Assembly: GCA_002269645.1 (NCBI GenBank)
Contig: NIVC01000858.1
Coordinates: forward strand, 201,219-265,218
Origin: Macrostomum lignano
Taxonomy: Eukaryota
Direction of reading: 5' to 3'
DNA length: 64,000 nucleotides
Shown here: positions 1 through 12,467 of the stretch, piece by piece
Position numbering within the stretch: position 1 is the first letter of the stretch
How the letters are laid out: every line of letters begins with the position of its first letter
Program-made: the position numbers and the translations under genes
The notes under the pieces: model-generated
Seen by the model: the letters and a program-made list of their open reading frames with translations, nothing else
Told to the model about the DNA's origin: nothing
Database searches by the model: none

Positions 1-3000
1 CATGAACTGGGATGGGGCATACTGTGCATGTCATGAACTGGGATGGGGCATACTGTGCATGTCATGAACTGGGATGGGGCATACTGTGCATGTCATGAAC
101 TGGGATGGGGCATACTGTGCATGTCATGAACTGGGATGGGGCATACTGTGCATGTCATGAACTGGGATGGGGCATACTGTGCATGTCATGAACTGGGATG
201 GGGCATACTGTGCATGTCATGAACTGGGATGGGGCATACTGTGCATGTCATGAACTGGGATGGGGCATACTGTGCATGTCATGAACTGGGATGGGGCATA
301 CTGTGCATGTCATGAACTGGGATGGGGCATACTGTGCATGTCATGAACTGGGATGGGGCATACTGTGCATGTCATGAACTGGGATGGGGCATACTGTGCA
401 TGTCATGAACTGGGATGGGGCATACTGTGCATGTCATGAACTGGGATGGGGCATACTGTGCATGTCATGAACTGGGATGGGGCATACTGTGCATGTCATG
501 AACTGGGATGGGGCATACTGTGCATGTCATGAACTGGGATGGGGCATACTGTGCATGTCATGAACTGGGATGGGGCATACTGTGCATGTCATGAACTGGG
601 ATGGGGCATACTGTGCATGTCATGAACTGGGATGGGGCATACTGTGCATGTCATGAACTGGGATGGGGCATACTGTGCATGTCATGAACTGGGATGGGGC
701 ATACTGTGCATGTCATGAACTGGGATGGGGCATACTGTGCATGTCATGAACTGGGATGGGGCATACTGTGCATGTCATGAACTGGGATGGGGCATACTGT
801 GCATGTCATGAACTGGGATGGGGCATACTGTGCATGTCATGAACTGGGATGGGGCATACTGTGCATGTCATGAACTGGGATGGGGCATACTGTGCATGTC
901 ATGAACTGGGATGGGGCATACTGTGCATGTCATGAACTGGGATGGGGCATACTGTGCATGTCATGAACTGGGATGGGGCATACTGTGCATGTCATGAACT
1001 GGGATGGGGCATACTGTGCATGTCATGAACTGGGATGGGGCATACTGTGCATGTCATGAACTGGGATGGGGCATACTGTGCATGTCATGAACTGGGATGG
1101 GGCATACTGTGCATGTCATGAACTGGGATGGGGCATACTGTGCATGTCATGAACTGGGATGGGGCATACTGTGCATGTCATGAACTGGGATGGGGCATAC
1201 TGTGCATGTCATGAACTGGGATGGGGCATACTGTGCATGTCATGAACTGGGATGGGGCATACTGTGCATGTCATGAACTGGGATGGGGCATACTGTGCAT
1301 GTCATGAACTGGGATGGGGCATACTGTGCATGTCATGAACTGGGATGGGGCATACTGTGCATGTCATGAACTGGGATGGGGCATACTGTGCATGTCATGA
1401 ACTGGGATGGGGCATACTGTGCATGTCATGAACTGGGATGGGGCATACTGTGCATGTCATGAACTGGGATGGGGCATACTGTGCATGTCATGAACTGGGA
1501 TGGGGCATACTGTGCATGTCATGAACTGGGATGGGGCATACTGTGCATGTCATGAACTGGGATGGGGCATACTGTGCATGTCATGAACTGGGATGGGGCA
1601 TACTGTGCATGTCATGAACTGGGATGGGGCATACTGTGCATGTCATGAACTGGGATGGGGCATACTGTGCATGTCATGAACTGGGATGGGGCATACTGTG
1701 CATGTCATGAACTGGGATGGGGCATACTGTGCATGTCATGAACTGGGATGGGGCATACTGTGCATGTCATGAACTGGGATGGGGCATACTGTGCATGTCA
1801 TGAACTGGGATGGGGCATACTGTGCATGTCATGAACTGGGATGGGGCATACTGTGCATGTCATGAACTGGGATGGGGCATACTGTGCATGTCATGAACTG
1901 GGATGGGGCATACTGTGCATGTCATGAACTGGGATGGGGCATACTGTGCATGTCATGAACTGGGATGGGGCATACTGTGCATGTCATGAACTGGGATGGG
2001 GCATACTGTGCATGTCATGAACTGGGATGGGGCATACTGTGCATGTCATGAACTGGGATGGGGCATACTGTGCATGTCATGAACTGGGATGGGGCATACT
2101 GTGCATGTCATGAACTGGGATGGGGCATACTGTGCATGTCATGAACTGGGATGGGGCATACTGTGCATGTCATGAACTGGGATGGGGCATACTGTGCATG
2201 TCATGAACTGGGATGGGGCATACTGTGCATGTCATGAACTGGGATGGGGCATACTGTGCATGTCATGAACTGGGATGGGGCATACTGTGCATGTCATGAA
2301 CTGGGATGGGGCATACTGTGCATGTCATGAACTGGGATGGGGCATACTGTGCATGTCATGAACTGGGATGGGGCATACTGTGCATGTCATGAACTGGGAT
2401 GGGGCATACTGTGCATGTCATGAACTGGGATGGGGCATACTGTGCATGTCATGAACTGGGATGGGGCATACTGTGCATGTCATGAACTGGGATGGGGCAT
2501 ACTGTGCATGTCATGAACTGGGATGGGGCATACTGTGCATGTCATGAACTGGGATGGGGCATACTGTGCATGTCATGAACTGGGATGGGGCATACTGTGC
2601 ATGTCATGAACTGGGATGGGGCATACTGTGCATGTCATGAACTGGGATGGGGCATACTGTGCATGTCATGAACTGGGATGGGGCATACTGTGCATGTCAT
2701 GAACTGGGATGGGGCATACTGTGCATGTCATGAACTGGGATGGGGCATACTGTGCATGTCATGAACTGGGATGGGGCATACTGTGCATGTCATGAACTGG
2801 GATGGGGCATACTGTGCATGTCATGAACTGGGATGGGGCATACTGTGCATGTCATGAACTGGGATGGGGCATACTGTGCATGTCATGAACTGGGATGGGG
2901 CATACTGTGCATGTCATGAACTGGGATGGGGCATACTGTGCATGTCATGAACTGGGATGGGGCATACTGTGCATGTCATGAACTGGGATGGGGCATACTG

Positions 3001-6000
3001 TGCATGTCATGAACTGGGATGGGGCATACTGTGCATGTCATGAACTGGGATGGGGCATACTGTGCATGTCATGAACTGGGATGGGGCATACTGTGCATGT
3101 CATGAACTGGGATGGGGCATACTGTGCATGTCATGAACTGGGATGGGGCATACTGTGCATGTCATGAACTGGGATGGGGCATACTGTGCATGTCATGAAC
3201 TGGGATGGGGCATACTGTGCATGTCATGAACTGGGATGGGGCATACTGTGCATGTCATGAACTGGGATGGGGCATACTGTGCATGTCATGAACTGGGATG
3301 GGGCATACTGTGCATGTCATGAACTGGGATGGGGCATACTGTGCATGTCATGAACTGGGATGGGGCATACTGTGCATGTCATGAACTGGGATGGGGCATA
3401 CTGTGCATGTCATGAACTGGGATGGGGCATACTGTGCATGTCATGAACTGGGATGGGGCATACTGTGCATGTCATGAACTGGGATGGGGCATACTGTGCA
3501 TGTCATGAACTGGGATGGGGCATACTGTGCATGTCATGAACTGGGATGGGGCATACTGTGCATGTCATGAACTGGGATGGGGCATACTGTGCATGTCATG
3601 AACTGGGATGGGGCATACTGTGCATGTCATGAACTGGGATGGGGCATACTGTGCATGTCATGAACTGGGATGGGGCATACTGTGCATGTCATGAACTGGG
3701 ATGGGGCATACTGTGCATGTCATGAACTGGGATGGGGCATACTGTGCATGTCATGAACTGGGATGGGGCATACTGTGCATGTCATGAACTGGGATGGGGC
3801 ATACTGTGCATGTCATGAACTGGGATGGGGCATACTGTGCATGTCATGAACTGGGATGGGGCATACTGTGCATGTCATGAACTGGGATGGGGCATACTGT
3901 GCATGTCATGAACTGGGATGGGGCATACTGTGCATGTCATGAACTGGGATGGGGCATACTGTGCATGTCATGAACTGGGATGGGGCATACTGTGCATGTC
4001 ATGAACTGGGATGGGGCATACTGTGCATGTCATGAACTGGGATGGGGCATACTGTGCATGTCATGAACTGGGATGGGGCATACTGTGCATGTCATGAACT
4101 GGGATGGGGCATACTGTGCATGTCATGAACTGGGATGGGGCATACTGTGCATGTCATGAACTGGGATGGGGCATACTGTGCATGTCATGAACTGGGATGG
4201 GGCATACTGTGCATGTCATGAACTGGGATGGGGCATACTGTGCATGTCATGAACTGGGATGGGGCATACTGTGCATGTCATGAACTGGGATGGGGCATAC
4301 TGTGCATGTCATGAACTGGGATGGGGCATACTGTGCATGTCATGAACTGGGATGGGGCATACTGTGCATGTCATGAACTGGGATGGGGCATACTGTGCAT
4401 GTCATGAACTGGGATGGGGCATACTGTGCATGTCATGAACTGGGATGGGGCATACTGTGCATGTCATGAACTGGGATGGGGCATACTGTGCATGTCATGA
4501 ACTGGGATGGGGCATACTGTGCATGTCATGAACTGGGATGGGGCATACTGTGCATGTCATGAACTGGGATGGGGCATACTGTGCATGTCATGAACTGGGA
4601 TGGGGCATACTGTGCATGTCATGAACTGGGATGGGGCATACTGTGCATGTCATGAACTGGGATGGGGCATACTGTGCATGTCATGAACTGGGATGGGGCA
4701 TACTGTGCATGTCATGAACTGGGATGGGGCATACTGTGCATGTCATGAACTGGGATGGGGCATACTGTGCATGTCATGAACTGGGATGGGGCATACTGTG
4801 CATGTCATGAACTGGGATGGGGCATACTGTGCATGTCATGAACTGGGATGGGGCATACTGTGCATGTCATGAACTGGGATGGGGCATACTGTGCATGTCA
4901 TGAACTGGGATGGGGCATACTGTGCATGTCATGAACTGGGATGGGGCATACTGTGCATGTCATGAACTGGGATGGGGCATACTGTGCATGTCATGAACTG
5001 GGATGGGGCATACTGTGCATGTCATGAACTGGGATGGGGCATACTGTGCATGTCATGAACTGGGATGGGGCATACTGTGCATGTCATGAACTGGGATGGG
5101 GCATACTGTGCATGTCATGAACTGGGATGGGGCATACTGTGCATGTCATGAACTGGGATGGGGCATACTGTGCATGTCATGAACTGGGATGGGGCATACT
5201 GTGCATGTCATGAACTGGGATGGGGCATACTGTGCATGTCATGAACTGGGATGGGGCATACTGTGCATGTCATGAACTGGGATGGGGCATACTGTGCATG
5301 TCATGAACTGGGATGGGGCATACTGTGCATGTCATGAACTGGGATGGGGCATACTGTGCATGTCATGAACTGGGATGGGGCATACTGTGCATGTCATGAA
5401 CTGGGATGGGGCATACTGTGCATGTCATGAACTGGGATGGGGCATACTGTGCATGTCATGAACTGGGATGGGGCATACTGTGCATGTCATGAACTGGGAT
5501 GGGGCATACTGTGCATGTCATGAACTGGGATGGGGCATACTGTGCATGTCATGAACTGGGATGGGGCATACTGTGCATGTCATGAACTGGGATGGGGCAT
5601 ACTGTGCATGTCATGAACTGGGATGGGGCATACTGTGCATGTCATGAACTGGGATGGGGCATACTGTGCATGTCATGAACTGGGATGGGGCATACTGTGC
5701 ATGTCATGAACTGGGATGGGGCATACTGTGCATGTCATGAACTGGGATGGGGCATACTGTGCATGTCATGAACTGGGATGGGGCATACTGTGCATGTCAT
5801 GAACTGGGATGGGGCATACTGTGCATGTCATGAACTGGGATGGGGCATACTGTGCATGTCATGAACTGGGATGGGGCATACTGTGCATGTCATGAACTGG
5901 GATGGGGCATACTGTGCATGTCATGAACTGGGATGGGGCATACTGTGCATGTCATGAACTGGGATGGGGCATACTGTGCATGTCATGAACTGGGATGGGG

Positions 6001-7346
6001 CATACTGTGCATGTCATGAACTGGGATGGGGCATACTGTGCATGTCATGAACTGGGATGGGGCATACTGTGCATGTCATGAACTGGGATGGGGCATACTG
6101 TGCATGTCATGAACTGGGATGGGGCATACTGTGCATGTCATGAACTGGGATGGGGCATACTGTGCATGTCATGAACTGGGATGGGGCATACTGTGCATGT
6201 CATGAACTGGGATGGGGCATACTGTGCATGTCATGAACTGGGATGGGGCATACTGTGCATGTCATGAACTGGGATGGGGCATACTGTGCATGTCATGAAC
6301 TGGGATGGGGCATACTGTGCATGTCATGAACTGGGATGGGGCATACTGTGCATGTCATGAACTGGGATGGGGCATACTGTGCATGTCATGAACTGGGATG
6401 GGGCATACTGTGCATGTCATGAACTGGGATGGGGCATACTGTGCATGTCATGAACTGGGATGGGGCATACTGTGCATGTCATGAACTGGGATGGGGCATA
6501 CTGTGCATGTCATGAACTGGGATGGGGCATACTGTGCATGTCATGAACTGGGATGGGGCATACTGTGCATGTCATGAACTGGGATGGGGCATACTGTGCA
6601 TGTCATGAACTGGGATGGGGCATACTGTGCATGTCATGAACTGGGATGGGGCATACTGTGCATGTCATGAACTGGGATGGGGCATACTGTGCATGTCATG
6701 AACTGGGATGGGGCATACTGTGCATGTCATGAACTGGGATGGGGCATACTGTGCATGTCATGAACTGGGATGGGGCATACTGTGCATGTCATGAACTGGG
6801 ATGGGGCATACTGTGCATGTCATGAACTGGGATGGGGCATACTGTGCATGTCATGAACTGGGATGGGGCATACTGTGCATGTCATGAACTGGGATGGGGC
6901 ATACTGTGCATGTCATGAACTGGGATGGGGCATACTGTGCATGTCATGAACTGGGATGGGGCATACTGTGCATGTCATGAACTGGGATGGGGCATACTGT
7001 GCATGTCATGAACTGGGATGGGGCATACTGTGCATGTCATGAACTGGGATGGGGCATACTGTGCATGTCATGAACTGGGATGGGGCATACTGTGCATGTC
7101 ATGAACTGGGATGGGGCATACTGTGCATGTCATGAACTGGGATGGGGCATACTGTGCATGTCATGAACTGGGATGGGGCATACTGTGCATGTCATGAACT
7201 GGGATGGGGCATACTGTGCATGTCATGAACTGGGATGGGGCATACTGTGCATGTCATGAACTGGGATGGGGCATACTGTGCATGTCATGAACTGGGATGG
7301 GGCATACTGTGCATGTCATGAACTGGGATGGGGCATACTGTGCATG
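1..7346. repeat. 31-bp tandem satellite (CATGAACTGGGATGGGGCATACTGTGCATGT), about 237 copies, open at the window start
   Basis: Unit recurs at positions 1, 32, 63 and so on. I saw no variant copy. The array ends at ...TGTGCATG|AGTTTAATAG near 7346. Confidence 0.98.
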
Positions 7347-8469
7347 AGTTTAATAGAACATGGCGATCCCTACTCACCCGAGTCGAAAGCCGACCTTTTA
7401 AATTTTTAAATTTCAGGGCAGCAGCACCGTTACTATTTAGGCTAGCCCTTCTCCGAGGCAAGGAAACTTGGAAATTATTAACAGCTAATCGGCGCTTCAA
7501 GCCCTGCTTTGCCAGCCCGCGCTGGCTACAATAGCGGCCAAAGTTAAGCAGCTGCCTGCCAATTCATTTTGCTGCTGCTCAGAGCGCAGGCTGCACACGG
7601 CTGAGGTGAGGGGCGGGGCGCCGCTGTCTTGTACGCGCGAACGCACCCGGCTGGATGTCTTGTCTGCCGTCTTTGCTTTAGTTCTCTTTCCCTGGCAGTC
7701 CCGGCCTGCGCGCTCTGCTCAACACAGCTCAGAACTAATTGATGCTGCGCATATTGGCCGGCCGGGATGTAGGCCCGCTGCTTCTCCCGGGATCCCGCAA
7801 GGAGCTGCCTTGGAGCCTTCCTCCCAGCCGCTTCCCCGTGGCTGTCTGGATGCTGTTGCCAGTGGCAACGGGAGGGTAGACTTGGGCCGAGCCGCTCCAT
7901 CCTCGCTGCTTCCCGCGGCTGGCCGAAGCTCAGCCCTGCTTTTTGCTTTTTCTTTGTTTCCTTTGCTTCATCGCCGCACAGGGGAGGGCGCGGCGGTGAC
8001 GGTTGTCTGGGGCACCGGAGGCAGGGAAACAATGGTGGGGTTGGGTTGGGTGAGTGGCGGCTCTCAGCTATGAGAAAAATTTTAATGCAATGCCAAGTTT
8101 AGCTTTGTATTGACTTTCAGCAGCTATAAAAAGCTTAAAGTTTTAACAAAAGTAACTCTGGAAGGCCGGGGCTCCATAAAATTGTGAATTTGAGTTCGCA
8201 GTCGTTTTATATTCAGTTTTATTATTTAAAATTTGCATAATTCTGTGGAAAGGGAAATATAAAATGTTCTCCAGACCAGCCTATAATTTTTATAAAAGCA
8301 CTACTAACGCTATAAGAGTAGTAAATTCGTGTTTCAATTTGTTTTGTTGCTGACTTAATTGCCTTGACTTAGCTGCAGGGGGCGTCCGGCGGATGCAGCG
8401 AGGAGGCGGAGGAGACCGCCTATTCCGCTAGCCCCTGGCGACCAATGACTTCCATCGAAGCGATGTCGC

Positions 8470-9370
8470 TCAGGGGGACCCGTCGGTCTCGCCTGCAGCG
8501 CTGTCCTCCTCACCGGCGGTGGGGAAGAACTCAGCTCGTCCCGTGTCCCTGAGGTACCGGGCGAGCAGCGGGATGCTCTCGGGCCTGCAAACGTCGGAGA
8601 GAACCGGGTTTGGCCCGAGGTGAGTGAGCCTGGCCCTGGTGAAAACCGGGCAGTGGCAGATGCTCGGCGTTTTCACTGCCTGAGCGGCAGAAGGGGCACC
8701 GCTCCTCGGGTACTTGGCCCTGAAGGAAACGGTGGCGAGAGAAGCAGCCATGCCCGGAGAGGGCCATGCTGACTGCTCTGAGGTCTCTGTGGTTGAGCCT
8801 GAGGAGGGCTCTACGCAGGAGAGGAGAGGGGCAGGGGACGGCCGCCCGGGATTGCCTACAATTCCGGGTGTCGTGCCACTTGCGGAGATGCTCGGAGTCA
8901 GTCCAGCGCTTAACGCGGGAGTTGATCACCGAGGCGGGGATGGGGGCTCCCGGGCCCGGCCCCAGCAGCGCGCCGGCGGAGCCAGCCTTGGTCAGCAGGT
9001 CGGCGCGCTCGTTGCCGAGGAACGCCGTGGCCAGGGATCCATCTGAGCTCCACCTGGTTGCCTAGCGCAAGCCCGTTGAGCTGGTGTTGCAGTCCAGGAC
9101 GGACCTGGAGCTGGTGGTGCAGCGGCAGAGGGCCCGAAGGGCTGCTTGGCTGTCAGAGTGAAAATTAAATTTCCGACCGCTAAGCTGCCTTCGGCGCAGC
9201 TCTGCCGCGCAGGAGCTGATGGCAAGCACCTCGCTCTGAAAAACACTGGAGTTGAGCCCAGTGTGCTGGGACTGGGAGTAGCTCCACACCACTTCTCCCT
9301 TGAAGAAGACGCAAGCTCCGAAGCATGAAAGACAATGCCTCATAGAGCCGTCAGTGTAACAGGTTTTGTT
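8470..9370 (-). mobile_element. 5'-truncated, frameshifted non-LTR retrotransposon ORF2 C-terminus (RNase H plus CCHC zinc knuckle; LOA/R1/I-group-like)
   Basis: Joined frames read YTDGS...VFQSEVLAI...HSDSQAALRAL...ELRWIPGH...GNERAD (RNase H catalytic motifs), then LSGHG...CPFC...ENAEH/.CHCPVF..AR (terminal zinc knuckle). No RT domain is seen upstream. Confidence 0.85.
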
Positions 9371-12249
9371 GCTGAAAAAAATCAATTTACTGCACGATTG
9401 GGTTCTGCAAGCATTGACCTCTCCTCAATGTTGCCACCTAACCTAAATTATGGCAGCCAATTGTGTGTCCGTATGATAGAAATCTGTGACCATAAAAGCC
9501 ACTTAATAATCCTTCAAATACATCAAGTCTAAAATTTCGATGCAACCCATCAGTCAGCTTCTAGTTGTTTCAGACCAAACTGACGATCTCTGGTCGACAT
9601 CGTCCAGCTTCCGCATGACTTATTAAAGGATTCAAAGCAGATCTGCAGCCAAAACCTGCTGCAATCGAGAACTTCCTTCCCGGCTGCTTCTTTATCCCAC
9701 GAGAGCCAAAGACGGGGGCCTGAATGGGGTATAGAGTCGCCAACTTTGGCCGGAGCCTTACTGTAGGTTGTGGGCTACACTCCAGTGCTGTAGTGGATTT
9801 CCAAGGCCGAGTGCTCTTCGCTCATACATGCGCAACACCTGGCCGGCTGGCGAGAGACCCAGCCGACGTAAGTCACAAAAATGCCTACCGGAAAGACGCA
9901 GAACTAATTAGGTGACAAGGTATTTAGCCTTAATAATAGTTATAATTACTTGCCATATACCCAAAATTACATTGATTATGCTCAAGCTTCTTCCATATGT
10001 AAGTCGCAACTCGCAAGTCACACAGCCGGTGTAAATCTGGGTGGTTGCGCATGTATGCTCTTCATGAAAGAATAGTAAAAAACACCTGAGCAGATTTTTT
10101 TTGAATTAACAATGGAATGCAAAAAACGTGACAATGGAGCAACCAAGCTTTGTATATTTTATTCAAATGCAGAATGAACTCATTGTAAAAATGCGTTATC
10201 TAAAAAGAATGCAATAAAAAAGCAATGAGTATGAGAAAAAGCTCGTCATGAAGTCTGGAAAACACAGGCGACCCGAACAATAAGCAGATTAGCAGGCAGC
10301 AAGCCGGTTACCAGCAGACCGAGAATCAATCAGCCTCGCCACTTCTGAAATAAAATGGGGATAATTTTTTGTGAGTAACTTGCATTGATAACCGCTATAG
10401 CAAATACAAAAGAGTAGATTTTGACTTTAATAATCAGCAGTTTTGGTATTTATTGAATTGTCTTCAGCGAGATTGCAGAAGCAGAACTGGAAACATCATT
10501 TTAGATATTTAAAATAAGCTGAGCATTGCTCTCTGTCAGCCAAATGACTAAAGGACAGCTCATTTGTATGCAAACTGGAGATGGCCCTAGCGTTTTGGCA
10601 TGAACAATATTGCACAGATACGACACCAAGGATAGCATAAGATAAGCCACCCCAGCTCTAAACTGTGCTGGAAAGCAAAACAAAATGTCAGTTACCTCAA
10701 TTGCATGATGTAGTGGCTGAGAACAGCTCTTGACACCTGGAAATACAGAAAAGGAAAGAGATGACACTAGTGATGATGGAAAAACATTACAAAAATGCAA
10801 TCTAAGAGTAATTGAGTCAGCAATTTAATTTTTAATTGTCTTCAGAAATGTACAGAAGCAGAACTGGAGACATCATGCATATTAAATAAATAAATAAAAG
10901 TTATAAATTTTATCAACTTATGAATATGAGCTATTTAATGAATTATATTTGTTTGTCAAACCATTAAAGAATAAAGTGGCATAACAAAATGATGCCAATT
11001 ATATACATATAAGGAAGACAACTGCTTATATAGCACAGTTACGACACCAAATATGTAATTAATAGTTACAGCTTGGTTGAAATGCTGTGCCAAAAAGTCT
11101 ACCAAAAAGTCAATTGTTCTAGAGAACAATATGATCTAAATAGTAGCAAAAAATGAACTAATTAAGCATCTAAATGGAGCTATTAATGCCAAAATAAATT
11201 TATTGGTTTATGAAAAAAACTTTTGGAATGCCTTTTATGAGGGCTTATTATATGACTAGGACTAGTTGGTGATAACTGTTACCAAGCAAATAACCATTAA
11301 TCCATTATTGGTAACAAAGCAAATTTATGAAGTTCTATTAATATGAAGCCTCTATCTATATATCTTATCTGTATAGTAGGCCTTAATGTTCCACCCACAC
11401 TCCAGATCATGTAGTATATGCCCAAAAATTTAGGCATACATTGGCCTTGCATGCCAAAATTAGGCATGCACAATTGGTGTGCATCACTCTTAAGAAAATA
11501 GTATGTGTGCATACCTGGCATGCACTTTATAGAATCACGAATAAAAGTTATCGTGAAGTTGAAAAAAGATGAAGAAAGTTCATTTATAGGCACAAATTTC
11601 AAGCTTTCCAGTTTTTTAAGCTTGTAAAAAAGCATTTAAACAAATCTTTGCATATATAAATTTTCTGCTGTAAAAAGTATTGCCAAAAAGCATAAAAAGC
11701 AACCAAATTATCTGGTAAAAAGAGTCTATTACACAATTTAAAAATGGTATTTTATTGTCACAACATAAAAAATATCATTTATTATTGTAACACCAACGTA
11801 TTTTTGAAAATGGGTGTGCATTACATTTTTTCAATGTACAATTGTAATTATTCAATTTTTGTTCAGGCGTGCATCCAGCATGATCTAGACTATGTTGTTC
11901 CACCATAGCTATAACTATGGCTATGGGATCCTATGTGTATGGCAAATATGATAAAATAGGTGCCTATGGCAATTATAAATATGCTTATAATACTAATAAA
12001 TAGCTACTTTTTTGACTATGACTATGGAAATATGGTAGTTGCTATTATATTCTATAGATTTCCATGGCTATAGCCATAGTTATTAATTTAAAAATTATAA
12101 ATATTAGTAACAGGTAGAGAAAAACAAAGATACCTTGGTAAACTATATTATAGACTTAAAAACTTATGAATTATACCTAATAAATTCTGGTAGAATAGCA
12201 CGCTTGATAATGAGAAGTAAAAGAAAGGAGATTGCGAGCATTTTCATTA

Positions 12250-12290
12250 GAACGACATGTTTCACCTAACTTTAGGCATCATTGGGCAGA
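12250..12290 (-). ncRNA. Degenerate minimal hammerhead ribozyme motif in the Penelope 3' repeat
   Basis: Minus strand reads CCAAUGA-UG-CCUA(AAGU)UAGG-U-GAAAC-AU-GUC. Stem II and the palindromic ACAUGU stem III are present. The core CUGAUGA is altered to CCAAUGA and stem I is weak. Confidence 0.55.
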
Positions 12291-12412
12291 TTGGAATTTA
12301 TTTAATTTAAGTCAAAACATAGAGTATAAATACATTTCAGTGGCAGATAGTCAGTGATGCACAAAATTGTAATAACAAAACACGGGGGGAGTCAACAGAT
12401 CAAACTGAGACA

Positions 12413-12415
12413 GAT

Positions 12416-12467
<52 letters not shown>
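12413..12467. repeat. (GA)n microsatellite
   Basis: GAGAGA run with two AA interruptions. Confidence 0.9.

Noticed and set aside
1-7346. CRISPR-like regularity in this and other 23-64 bp arrays
   Set aside because: The units are head-to-tail with no unique spacers, there are no cas genes, and the context is eukaryotic.
7346-8073. ORFs of 155-162 aa on both strands and a minus-strand GTGAGT donor near 7378
   Set aside because: I recognised no motif and could not build a consistent exon chain. It may be a UTR exon of a gene extending beyond the window, but this is unsupported.
10440-11100. Duplicated AT-rich segments (TTGTCTTCAG...CAGAAGCAGAACTGGA; GCACAG.TACGACACC)
   Set aside because: Possibly a decayed transposon, but no recognisable protein motif or termini.
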